A DNA stretch of 64,000 bases, from assembly GCA_958009085.1 (NCBI GenBank), contig OY253682.1:558001-622000 (forward strand), written 5' to 3'. Numbering within the stretch: position 1 is the first letter of the stretch; every line of letters begins with the position of its first letter. The notes under the pieces were generated by a model, which had not been told where the DNA came from, did not search any database, and worked only from the letters and a program-made list of their open reading frames with translations. The stretch comes from Protoeuglena noctilucae. Lineage: Eukaryota. The position numbers and the translations under genes are program-made. Positions 36,433 through 48,500 of this stretch are shown one piece after another.

Positions 36433-39006
36433 TCAGTTCTCGTCTGCGCCTACGACCAGGGTCGTGAACACCGGCCCCTCCCACTCAAGATCGCCCCTGT
36501 CCAGGAACACCAGGCGGGCAGCCATCGACGTCAGGAAGGCATCGGCCCCGCTGTCCATGCACGGCTGCCCGCAAAAGCACGTGCTGTGGTTGAACACGCA
36601 CACGCGCAACCGCGCCGTCCCTAAGCCGGACTCGGCCACGCCTCCGCACCACGATGCCACGCCCTCGCCCACCCTCCCGCACGTCTGCGCGCAGTGGGGC
36701 CCGACGACGTCGATGACTCTAGTCGCCACATGACATTCCCCACAACACGGGGCCAGCTCAAGAGATGTGGGGGCCAACCATAGCCATCGCGCCCACCACG
36801 GCTGCGCATCGTGCCGCAGCCGTCCCCGCCCCTCGCCTTGCAGCTGAGTATGCCTGCGCTGGACAGCCGCCGGATCCCATCCGCACTGCACCCTCCCTGG
36901 CGCCTCTGCCACACCGTCAGGTAGTGGGCCGTGTCCGTCCAGTTGGGCAACGACACCACCTGCGTCCACAATCGAAATGAACGTAAGCGTGCTTGCCCCC
37001 GTCATACCCTCGTCGTCTGTACAATAACTGTGATGATTCTGCCAAATCCGTCGCACGCGCCCCCTCGCCTCCTTCAAGTCGAATTTCCCAAAAAGGAGCC
37101 TCGTGAGACTCGAAGTCCCGGTGTGCCCCTCGAACTCCCCCACCAGGAAGACCGCATCTGCCCCAGACTGGCGCACCGCCACTTCGCCGGCCTCTGACTG
37201 GGGCGGGGGGTAGCAGAGGAGCAGGCACGGGCGCCGCATCTCGGGAGGGAGGCTGTGCGCGTCTGCCGCCACCACCTGTGTAAGTGGGGGGCAAGCAGGG
37301 TTTGCCAGTGCCACTGCACATGTCGCTGGGTTTTGAGCGACCATCTGTTGAGCGTCACGGGCCGTGCCTTGCGCATCCCAGCGCATCCACGTACCTTGGT
37401 GACCGGCGGCACGTTGCCGTGAAACAGGTTCGCGAATCGTCGGCGGCCGGTGCCCGAGGGCCCTGCTGCCACGCCCTCGCTCGGCTCCTCCGCCACCTCC
37501 CCCTCAATGGACTCATTGTTGTACAGCAGACGTGGGGTTGGGTGAAGGTCTGTGGCGAGGACACGAACTCCCTCTGCCCGGAGGGCCCTGGCCCAGTAGC
37601 CCACCCCCGCGCCAATCTCCAAGACCTCTTCACCCTGCATGGCAACACAGTTGGGGTGTGCTGAACCATGCGACATGCAGCGGCACGGATGACAGCCAAG
37701 AAACAGCCACAGGAAATGGAGAGCGCGAGACCTCGCCTGTGCCCATCGCTGGATGGCCTGCACGGCAGCCCTCGTCACGGGGGCGAAGGCGTACAAGTGG
37801 CACGGCCATCCGCGCGCAGCATCTCGGTAGTCCTGCAACTCTGGATAGGCGGTCTTGGGCGCGAGGACCGGCAGCGCCGATCCGTCCTCCGACGTGCTGT
37901 AATCCGCAGGCGACGTGCTGTGCCCTGCAACCGCCGCGGCCTCCTCGTCGCCACTCGCCCCTGCCTCCCCAGGCCCGTGCTCATGCTCATGCTCCCCTAC
38001 CCATCGCAGCAACGCCCCGTCTCCAGCTTGGTCCACTGCCTGCAAAGACGGGCTAGGGCACTCACATACACTACAGAAGCGCCTCGCTGCAGCAGCACTA
38101 CGATATGCCCAACACGCACCTGCTCCATCCTCGCTTCCTCCATCGCCTCCCCTCGCGTGCCCAGCCCTCGCGACCAGAGCAGCAAGGCCCCCTCCTGCCA
38201 TCGGCTGAGCATCACTCGGCCCAGAGGGTCACCTGCAATGATTCACGCACTCCCTTGCCTTGCAAGTCAGCACAATGCGCCCCTCGCCTCACCCACTCGC
38301 GATGTCGGCAAAGCGATGTTGTCAATTGGCCATCACCTGACGATGCGAGCTCCTTGATAGGCGCTAGGAAGTCCGACAGCCCCGGGAAGCGGCCCTCTAG
38401 AGCCTTAGCTGCATCGACCGCCCCGGAAGCACGACACACGGCGTCGAACCAGGTGGGCGGGTCCGGCAGCGCCGGGGTGGGCCACCCGCAAGCGATCTTG
38501 TGGCTCAAGAGGAGGTAGTAGCCTCGATCGAGGGCGCATGCCTGAGCCACAGCGGCACCTTCGCCGTCGGCTGCGGCAGCGTCCGCCTCCTCCAGCGTCG
38601 TCAGAAGGTCCAGCGCAAGGTTCTCCGCCAGAGTCTTCGCCCACGTCATGCGAGCGAGGTGGCTGGCCGAGTCGCGCGCGGCGAGGAGCAGCTCCTGGGC
38701 CAGCTGATGGGCGGTCCGTATCAAGGCCATGCCGCGACCCGAGTGCTCGGTATCTACCGCAGCCACGCGAGCCGCCGCGAGGACAAGGCCGAGATGAGCC
38801 AGTGTGGATGTCACGTGCGCCATCCCCGGCTCGGACAGCAGCTTGGAGGGAGGCTGCGGGACGCCCCACAACTCAAGGCCTTTAGCCGGCTCAGCAGCGA
38901 ACGGGTGCCGCTCCCACAAATCCTGCCGATCATCTATCAATACATCCTCGACATCGGAGCCAAATTGGAGCCCCAGCGACTCGAACGGGGCCCAGTCCAC
39001 ACCCAT
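36433..39006 (-). CDS. Class I SAM-dependent methyltransferase-like protein with Cys-rich (MYND-like, degenerate) segments
   Basis: Motif I VLEIGAGVGYWARAL...VLATD, then LLLCYPPP, VGEFEGHTGT and LPNWTDTAHYLTVWQR; C-terminal C..C/LRVC...FCGQPC segment. The start MGVDWAPF at 39006 is inferred. Confidence 0.75.
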
Positions 39007-39244
39007 CGTGGATGCCAGGCAATCAGGGTCACAAGTTCTCGCGAAGGAATTTAGAGTGGACTTGGCATAGATGTGTCCTAGGAAGCGATAATTGAGTTCG
39101 ACTGTGAGCCAGGAACAAACAACGTTCTGCCAGACGTGCTGCAGCCCTTCGTGTCTGGCCGTCAATGAGTTGATGAAAATCCCTGTGGAACTCCTCTTAC
39201 ACTTTCAGGCTCTGACTGGAAGGCGCAGGGCGCGTCTCTCTGTG

Positions 39245-40078
39245 ATGGACCCCGCCGGGGTGGTGGCCGTGTTTCTCGTAACGGCAAAGGGGCAAATCCT
39301 ACACGAGCGAACACTCAGCAATGTGGAGGCGGGGTGAGATGCCTTAGAGATCCTCACCCGGCTCAAGGGTTAGGGCGCGGGCGAGGACGGCACAACGTGC
39401 AGCCTCGATGCGCGCGGGCACGGCCGATCCTCTGCTCAGCGAGATGACATATACACAAATATGTTGCTGTGGACGCGTCCGCAGGGCCCTCGTCAAGCTC
39501 AAGCTGTGCTTGGCGGAGCTCATGTCCTATGCGATGAACGAGCTCATGGCGGGCCAGCTGCAAGTGGCCACCGTTCCTGTTGGCGACGCGGACAGGTGTG
39601 GTGACAAGAAGAGTCGTTCTCGCGTCTGGCGTCCGCACCAGTGGCCTCATGCAGTCGCTGCCGCTGCAACTGTGCTCCCCAGTTCGCTCCCTCGCAGTCC
39701 GGTCGTTTTCAAGAGGATGGATGACGTCATCGTGCACGTGGTGGGGACGCCGATGCATGGGCATCTGGAGCTGTCCGTGGCAAGTTGCTGGGAGCTGCGG
39801 GCTTGGGCCAGGCCGCTGTACGGGCCCTGCCGATACGGGGCGACCAGCCTCACTGTATGTGACATCACCGCCGCGCGTTTTCGCCACAGATGCTTGAGAA
39901 CGTATGCGTGGGCGTGCGAGAGATGGTGCAGGGGCGCCGGGTCTCGGAGCAGGCCGTGCTGGACGCGTACGGGCGCGTCTGCCTCGCTGTGGACGAGGTG
40001 CTGGCCGTGGGCGGGCTGGACGAGTTGCGCGCCAAGGACATCCGGGAAGGGGTCGAACTCAAGGAGCTCGACAAGTGA
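39245..40078 (+). CDS. Longin-like sigma/zeta-type adaptin small subunit, most similar to TSET/TPLATE-complex TSPOON/LOLITA
   Basis: Exons 39245-39333, 39485-39595, 39698-39779, 39890-40078: VVAVFLVTAKGQILHER...VVFKRMDDVIVHVVG...SEQAVLDAYGRVCLAVDEVL...IREGVELK. This parallels the plant LOLITA sequence as I recall it (GNILIER, TER.FLDKYGRICLCLDEIV). Confidence 0.75.
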
Positions 40079-40298
40079 TGGGACACCAGCAAAGTCCCTA
40101 GGCACCCGGTCCGACCGGGCTAGGGTGACCACAATGCCCTGGCCCTGCCGGCTGCTGCAGTCCGTTCCGACCGTGTTAGGCACCGTCTGTGCCGTAACAC
40201 TCTCAACCCTTTGCGTTGCAAGGAACGGGGTTCAAACCGCGTGCGCAGCCGTGCTTCCGCAAGCCCGCCCGGCTGGCCCAGACCCCTGCGCTCCCCCC

Positions 40299-41494
40299 TT
40301 ACGCGGACGCGGACTTGTTGACAAGGACGCCGTCGAACTTCGACTGGAACCACTTCATGGCATCCTCCTTGGTGACGCGGTGGGGGGCACCCACCCGCGC
40401 CAGCCGGGAGCGGCGGCGCGCCACCCGGTCGCCGGCCCGCTCCAGCACGACGTAGAAGTCCATGCCTGCGGGTCGCAGGGGGCGGCGCGGATCGAGCGCG
40501 CGCGGCTCCGGCGGCCGGCGAACGCGGCGAGCGCGCCGGCGATGGTTTCCCCGCCGCGGCGCGCGCTCCCCCCGCCTCGGGACGCGAGGGGAGCGAGGGG
40601 GCCGCGCCGGGTATCGCTTTGGCACCGAGCTCATACACTCGCCCCCTCGGCACCGCGTCGGGGCGAGGCAATCAGTATTTGCGATGCCGGTCGCCTGCGG
40701 CGGCGTGCGCCCCCGCTCACCGTAGATGCCCGTCGAGGGGTCGTACTTGATGCCCAGGTCGATGTGCTCCTGGATGCCGAACCCGAAGGACCCCGTGGAG
40801 GAGAAGTTCTTCCTCTCAAGCTCGTACTCCTTCACCTTCAAGCCGGCCTCGATGAGCTCCATGGCCTTCTGCCCCCGGACCGTCACGTACGTCGAGATCT
40901 TGTCGTTGCGGCGCGTCCCGAAGCTCCGGATGGTGAACCGGGCCCGCCCGAAGCAGGGCTGCTGCCCCGTCAGCTGCTCCAGCACCTTGGCCGCCCTGAG
41001 CACCTTATCGCCACCCTCCCCCACGCAGCAGTTCAGGACCAGCTTGGACACCCGGATGTCCCGCATGGGGTTGGCGGCCTTGTCCGCCTGCGGCCACGAG
41101 ACGGGTGCGCGGGGCTGGTCACCCCACCGCCGCGGCCCAGCAGCGGCTTGCAGCGGCCCGACCCCATCCCATCATCCAAGCAGTCAAGCCAACGCTGGTG
41201 GGGCAGCGCGGACGCCAGCCACGCCCAGCGGGACCCAGACCGAGCCGGGGAGCCCCCGCTGGGCAGGCCGACGCTCCCAGCGACGCAAGAGGAGATGAGT
41301 GGAAAAATCGACCGCGGAAGATGCGCAGCGGGTGACGCGAGCGCCGGCTGCTCGACGCCCCGACCGGGCGCGCCCAGCCCGCGAGCCGTGCGCCGGCCGA
41401 GAGCATCGGAGCGCCTCGCACTCGAAAATTCACCCACGTACGGCCGGTGCAATCCGGCGATGCGCGCGCCGCTCGGCAGGGGGCTCACCGGCAT
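40299..41494 (-). CDS. RPL11: 60S ribosomal protein L11 (uL5)
   Basis: Exons 41494-41489 (tentative, ATG CCG), 41087-40721, 40465-40299. Motifs [56 protein letters not shown]. The 255-nt intron is in frame and stop-free. Confidence 0.97.
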
Positions 41495-41842
41495 CGCCAA
41501 TCCCGCTTCCTCACACGTCGGCGAAAGGCCGGGAAAAGCGCCGGTAAAAGAGGGAGGCAGCGGTCGGGCGCGGGGACGCATCAGCGCCGGGGGAGCGAGA
41601 GTGTTTTCTGGCGCGGCATGCTGCGCCAGGGTCTCCTGCTCGCGGGCAATCCTCTTCATGGGACTGCCAATGCTCATGATATTTGCATGGAAACGCGGCT
41701 GCGTGCGGAGTTTCATTGGAGTTGCCCCCGTCGCCGAGAGGGGACTTGGTCACTGCGAAGCCTTTGTCCCAGCGGAGAAGACGATTTACGGGCTATCACA
41801 TTCGCGAAACACTCGCTCTGTAGCAAAGAGGCACTGAAAGTT

Positions 41843-42383
41843 ATGTCGGTCGCGCTGGGGCCGCAGAAGCGGCAGGCGGGCGCGCTGGAGCGGAGTCGGG
41901 ATCCGGGGTGCAAGAAGACGGTGAGCGACCCGGTAGGGGCACGTTTGGAGGCTCTCGATGCCACTTCATACTCTGTGTGCCATTGATGTGCGAGCGCGAC
42001 CATCAGCCAAGCTTTAATATCGCAGGTGACCACGCACACGGGGCGAGAGGGTCGGATGGCGACGAACGGGGGCAGCCTGAAGGATATGGCCAAGCAGCGG
42101 TCGAACGAGGCGGTCGGGGAGGCCAATATCTTCTCAGGTGCCCTTGCCTGTCGAGACCGAGCTGGCGGGTGCAGCTGCTCGTGCCCGGTCAGCCCACCCA
42201 TGCGCGTCCGCCCTCGCCCCACTCGCAGAGGCGGGCGCGGCCGTGTCTCGTGCGGCGCAGGGCCTGCAGAACGCCATCTCCGGCGCAGTGGCTGCCCTCG
42301 TGAGCAACCTCGACCGCTTGGGCGGTGCTGTGCTGGGCGCACCCCCGCAGACCCCCCAGCCCGCAGGCCGCCCTCGCAAATAA
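41843..42383 (+). CDS. Hypothetical 114-aa protein
   Basis: Exons 41843-41920, 42026-42137, 42229-42383 with phase-compatible GT-AG sites; Ala-rich amphipathic C-terminal half. No family recognised. Confidence 0.55.
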
Positions 42384-42510
42384 CGCGGCCTCGCTTGCTG
42401 GACCTCTCCGAGTTGTATAGGCTTTCAGCAACGCAGGTATCCTCTGATACAAGCGTGTGCTGCGCGAAGAATGCTCCTCCAGCAGGCCTGCCCGCGTGAA
42501 CAAGCAGGCC

Positions 42511-42574
42511 TCAGCAGAAGTAGGCATTAGCAAAAGTAGGACTCGGCAAAAGTTCGCTTCAGCAGAAGTACGTG
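42511..42574. repeat. 4 x 16-bp degenerate tandem repeat overlapping the PA200 stop codon
   Basis: Units tcagcagaagtaggca / ttagcaaaagtaggac / tcggcaaaagttcgct / tcagcagaagtacgtg start at 42511, 42527, 42543 and 42559. Confidence 0.8.
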
Positions 42575-45500
42575 GCGGGTGCGGCGAGGGAACGAAACGA
42601 GTCCCAGTCGTTGTCGTCAAAGTGCCGCTGCAGCTTGGCGATGCCCGTCTCGCGCTCGTGGGTCTTGTGGAACTGGGAGAGCGCCTCCGTGACCAGGGGC
42701 TTGACGCGCCTGGGGTTGCAGTGGGGTCAAGCACGGTACAGCACTCGGCGCCACAACTACCGCCTCAACATCACACCAAACTCCCTGCCCTCTCCAGGAC
42801 ATCTCACCTAGATGCAAAGCCACACCGGATGAGCTCGGCAATGACACCGGCCATCCAGTCCGGCACGTCGTAGGGATACGCGATCACAAAAGCGCTCAGA
42901 CCCCTCACGATGCCCTGCAGCGCCTCGATGACGCCGACGGGGCCCGACGAGCCCCCCTCTGCAGGGGAAGCAGTGGAGGGTGCAGTTCGGCCAGGGCTGC
43001 AACTAAGCCGGCGTTGTACCGGGCCCAACAAATCATCGCGTCAGGTGCCAGGCCAGGTCCCGCGAGCTGGCTCACCTTTGCCCTGCCCCTTAAACCCGGC
43101 GGTCAGCTGCCGCAGCTGCTCCGCCCGACTCAGCAGCCGCGCCCGCATCTCCTGGTGCTGCTGCGGAGACAGGAGGCGCAGCAGGCCCGCGAGGCACTGC
43201 GTGGCGGCCTTCTGGACGTCCGGGCGCGTATCAGATAAAGCGGCCTCCGCCATGCGGACCGCGGTGGTTGTGGCGGCCGGGGTGCCGCCCAGGCAGTGCT
43301 TCCACGCAACCAGGTGCGCGTGGCCGAGGGCGTGGACCGCGACCATGCGCATCGGGGAGGCCGCGAGCGTCGAGAGGGCCGCCGTCGCCTGGGCGATGTC
43401 CTCTGGCGCGTACAGCGGGAGGGCCGCGAGCATGCGGCACGTCTCGAACGCCACGGTCCGCAGCTGCTGCAGGCTGGGCTCCCGCACGCCCTGCAGGAAG
43501 ACAAGCGCCTCCCGCTGCCGCAGCAGCGTCGCGTGGGCGTGGGACGGCTGCCCCGAGAAGAGCAGCGTGCTGAGGAAGCGAACGGCCGACCCGGCGCGGA
43601 GCACCGCTGGGAGCTGGGCGAGGGGCGCAGAGTCCCCGCCGGCCTGGGCCTCGGCCTTCCCCACTGTCGCCTCCGCGCTCTCGACACCGTTCCTCAGTGC
43701 AGGCTCGCCGGCGTGCGTGTCGTCCGCCCACGCGCGCAGGGTCTCCACGCCCTGCGCCACGTCCTCCTCCACCGTCCGCAGCATCGCCGCCAGCGCCTTG
43801 AGGATCGAGGCCACGTGAGCATCGCCATGGGCCTCGGCCTCTGCCACCCCAGGCGCGGCCAGGTCCACCAGGGGCCTGTTGATCGCCACCAGCAGGGACA
43901 TGAGCTCCGACACGTCGTGGACCAGCGTCGGGTGGCCGCGGAGGTCGCCTGCCAGTGTCAGCGCCTCCTGCAGCATCGGACCCGCCTCGGGCCACCGCCA
44001 CAGGCCCGTCTCCACCAACTCTTCCACCAACTCCTTCACTGCAGGTAGAAAACAGCAATGCACAACTCAGCAAGTTGTGAGCGATGCGACATGCGCTTGC
44101 ACACGCGCATGATGGGAAGGCTTTGTGCGCATCACTGCAGTATGAAGGGTGCCAGTTGCTTGTCAAGCACACGCCCCATGGGCCGCGCCGTGACTCGCCT
44201 CGCTCGATGTGTTTCTTGAGCGCCACGGTGCCGGTGTCCTCGGGGCGTCTTGCCGCGAGCGCAACCACAGCCGCCACAGCGGCACGCACTGCCGGGGGCT
44301 GCCCCACCTCGTATTTCACGGGCATGCCGCGCGCGTCCCACCGCACGGGACGCTCCCCACCCACCAGGCACGCGACCGCGTACCGAGGGATCACGGCCCA
44401 GGTGCCAGAGAGCAGCGTCGGGTTCGCGGCCATCCCCATCGCCAGCGCCTGCCTCGCCCACGCCTCCCACTCGCTGGGGCCCTGCCCCGCCGCGCTCGCG
44501 AACGCGGGAAGCGTGCTGCACGCGGCGGCGGTCGCCTCGGCTCCCATGGACCACCAGGGCAGCTGGTCCTCTCTGGCTTGGCAAGGCACGCCTCCACCAT
44601 ATGGCGCATCGCTCGGGCCGCGGGGGCCCCACCCGCCAGGCACAGGCCGCGCAGGAAGGCCAGGCGCTCGGCGGAGAAGCTGCCGTTGTTCAGCGGGGAG
44701 TCGAACATCTGGGGGAAGCGAGGCCACGTGCCTGCGGGAGGGTGAAAGCGAGGGAGTGCCTTTCATGAGAGGGCCGAGGGGGCGAGAGGGAGCCCCGCTC
44801 GACAGTCACAGCCCCACACCCCTGCAGTAGATGCAACTGTGCAGTATCTCCATTCCATGCCGTCGTCAGTGTGACGTCTGCCAACAAGGCCCCGCTGCGT
44901 ATCAACGCCTGCACCGCTGCGTATCTCACCGTTGAGGTTGAGGAGGCTCGCGGCGGTGGCGGCCACGGTCTGGTCGCTGGACATCTTGTGTGACGCGAAA
45001 AGGTCCGCGAGCCTCTCCTGTGCCGTCACGGTCCCCAGCTTCAGCTTCCTGCCGTGCACTATCGACGCCAGCAGCTGCTCCGCGTACGCATCGGGGCCCA
45101 TGGCGCCTATCACGCCCTGCGAGTGGCCAAGCACATCACAAGGGTTCCATCGCTTGCGTGCAGTCGATGTCAATACCCATCGCTGACACAGTCGATGCAA
45201 GCAAGCTGCGCCTACCACCCCACGTGTCCCCACGGCACCACGACAAGTCGCATGGGAACTCCAATTGCGCCCCACGAGGTCTATCCCAGTGCATTGCTCG
45301 CCTGGATGGCCCCTTCGACGGCCTCGCGATACTCGGCGGGCGTGCACACCGCCTCTACCTCGTACCCGTCCACCACACGTGCCGGCCAGCCCCGCCTGGA
45401 TGGCCGAACCGCGCCGACCTCCTCATACGCGGCCACGGTGCGTAAGAGGAGGACGAGGGCGGACCGTGCCACGCTGGCCATTGCCGGGATGGGCATGACG

Positions 45501-48500
45501 CTGAGCTTGGTCAGGTTGCTGGCCAGCAGCCGCGCCAGGCGAGCGTGGCACAGGGGCACGAAGTGGAGCAGCATGCTGTACAGGTACACGGCGTTGCGCC
45601 TGCGAACGGGGTGAGAGGGGACATAGCGTCGAAGTGTAGTACTAGCACACAGGGTGAGCGAGAGGGCCGGGTTGCATGGAGGGCAAGAGCTGGCAGAGCG
45701 CCGGCAACAAGGGACCCTGCTTAGCCCACAACCGTGCCCCATCCGCTCGCTCACCAGTGCGTCGGGGGCTTGGCAGCGGCTGCGTCGGGGTTCAGCTCTC
45801 CTGCCAATAAGGCGTGCAGGGCCGCCTGGATCTCTGGGGCCAGGGGCTGCCCCAGCGCGGAGAAGGTGAGCCCGACGCGGCGGACGTTGCGGTGGAAGGC
45901 CATGACGAGGTTCACGAGGCAGCCGGGGGTCTGGGACGATGGGTGGTGTGCAAAGTCGAGGGTGCGGTGCAGGAAGGGGGCCATAACGGAAGGGACCCGG
46001 ACCGCGCGGTCGATGCAAAAGTTGGACTGCGGAGAAAGAAGAGGGGTGGAGGTTGTAGGGGTGGGTTGGTACTAGTTAGGGTGGCGCCGCGTGTGTGTGG
46101 GGAGCGAGCGGGAGGCGGGGCGGTGTGGGGCTAGTGACGCTAACCGCACTGGTATCCGGAGTGTGCTGGCCTCACCAGGGATGCCGTGCCCAGGAGGAAC
46201 GAGTCTTCGGTATAATCGGCTCCTGCGACCTCCACGGCCTTCTTGGATCCCTCCCCAGCCCCGCCGAGGGTCTGGAAGCCAGAGAAGTAGAGGGCAACAG
46301 TCATGGCATGGACGCGTGGCCCACCCTGGCGCAAGGCCGGCACATGGCATGGACATCGCAGCTGTATGACAGACCCATACAAATCCTGGCCAGTTCTACT
46401 ATTATTCAGACCAGTCCCATTTCGCCCTCCTTGCCACTCCCACTACCACTCCCACCATCTTCGCTCACCCCCGCCATCTCCATGTACCGCAGCGTCTCCT
46501 CGGCCACCACGTCGTGCAGGGGAGGGAACCGGTCCAGGGCCGTGCTGAGGCACTGGACCGCCCCGTTCTGCACGTGCTTGTACTTGTTCAGCGCCAGCTT
46601 CGACAGGGTGCGGGCGACCAGGACGACGTCGGGAGAGACGGCAGACAGCGGCAGGACCGGGTGCTGGACCATCAGGTGGCGGTAGCTGCCAAATAACGCA
46701 CGGCGGATGAGGATCTGCAGGGGTGCGACCGAGGTGATGGCATATGTTCACATGCAACTGAGCATGCGATCGCTTAAGGTTTACCTCGTATGATGAGCTG
46801 CAGCGGAGCATACAACTGATGAAGACTCATCATAAACGATACAAGCTGCAACAGAACATACAACTAAAACAAAGGCTCGCCTTGGACTCGACGTGCTGCA
46901 GCAGCAGCAGGCGTGGGTAGCGCGGCCTTGAGACGAGTGAGAGGCCGGCGCTGGGTCCGTCGTCGTCGTCGTGGAGGGTGTCACGAAGGGGTGACCCCAG
47001 GAACTTGCCCCTCTCCAGGCCCTCCACCGCATGGGCCAGAAGCGGTGCCGTCATCCGCTCGCCTGCGGGAGATGGGGTCAGGCGAGGTGCGGTGCGGTGC
47101 GGAGGGCGGAGGGGCGGAGAGATGGCGGGGAACAGAAGGGCGCTCCCACCCGAGTGCGCAAGGCTGAGCGCTCTTCCAGCGCAATGGTGTTCCAGCACAG
47201 CACAGAGGTACTCACCGAAAACGCTGCCGTTGTGGAAGATGGCGTGCTTGATGGCGTAGAGGAGCGCCTCGGCCCCACTGCCGTTCGTCACGCGCGTGAG
47301 GCACCGCGAGAGGGCATGCAGCGCCTGGGAGTCCATCTGCGAGCCCTGCAGGTCCACCAGACGCGCGACGGCACGGCACAGCCGCGCGCGCACCCCAGAC
47401 AACACCGGCTTGTCCCCGGGCAGGCTGCCCGGCCAGTCGCCCACCAGGCAGCATGGCAGATGAGCCTCCGCCAGCCTCGCCCGGTCGTCCGGTTCTTGCA
47501 GCGCCCGCTGGGCGTCCTCCGGGCTAGAGCACTGCCGCCCTCGCATGCCCTCAAACGCGTACCCCTTGATGCCCAGCCCTGGGTCGGCGCTGTTGGCATG
47601 CGCCTTGGCCACCAACTCCTCGTACTCGGGAGTCAGTCCGAAGGACTCGGCAGACGCCCCCGATGACTCGAGGCACGTCGTCACCAGGTCCGCCGCCACG
47701 TGCACCGCGTCTGAGAGCTTCCTGGGCGAAACGAAAGGAAGGGTGGTTACAGATGCGTCGCCCTTGCCGGAGAAGCACGGACGGGAGTAGGGCGGATTCT
47801 TGCAACTTAACAACCATGGTGCCTTCGAGTGAATGTGCTTGGCGTATGTCTCATCCCACCTGTGCCCCCACCGCCCCACGTGCGCCTTGCCGTCCGCAAA
47901 CGCCTCCAGGTCCTCCAACGCTGGCATCGCAAACGCCCTAAAGATCTCGTCCAGCGCCTGCCGATCGTAGTCCCGATCCGTAGACCACTTGGGGGCATCC
48001 GGGTCCACCCCGGCAGCCATGCCTGCGGCCAGGGACGGGGCGACGGTGTTAAGGGCGCCGTCCAGACACATGCAAAGACTGACAGTCGTGACCAAATCAC
48101 ACCATTTCTGTTACTTGTACACGTATTACACGTGATCATCCACTCCCAACCCCTGCTAGTAGTGTAACCCCGCAAGCGCACAGCACGTTTGCATACATGA
48201 CGGCCGTCGCAATCTCTATGCGCACTCACGCTTGGGTGCCGCGACGGACCGGAAGGCCTCGACGCCCCCTGGGACGGCGCGCAGTGCCGAGGGGAGCGTG
48301 AACTCGTCCATGTTGATCATGGCGTGGGCGATGATGGCCTGGCCTAGTAGCCCCTCTGCCGCTTGGCGCACCGGGGGAGTCTGGGTGGCCATGGCCGCAC
48401 GCACCACCCCAATGGTCAGGCGGGTCATCTCCGGGACTGGGATGTTGTCCACGGATGAGATGCACGTCCCGATGCCCCACATCAGCTGCGGGGGCGGTGG

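Noticed and set aside
40466..41488. Possible intronic snoRNAs in the relatively long RPL11 introns
   Set aside because: I could not find a convincing C/D box pair or H/ACA layout by eye. An Infernal/Rfam scan would be needed.
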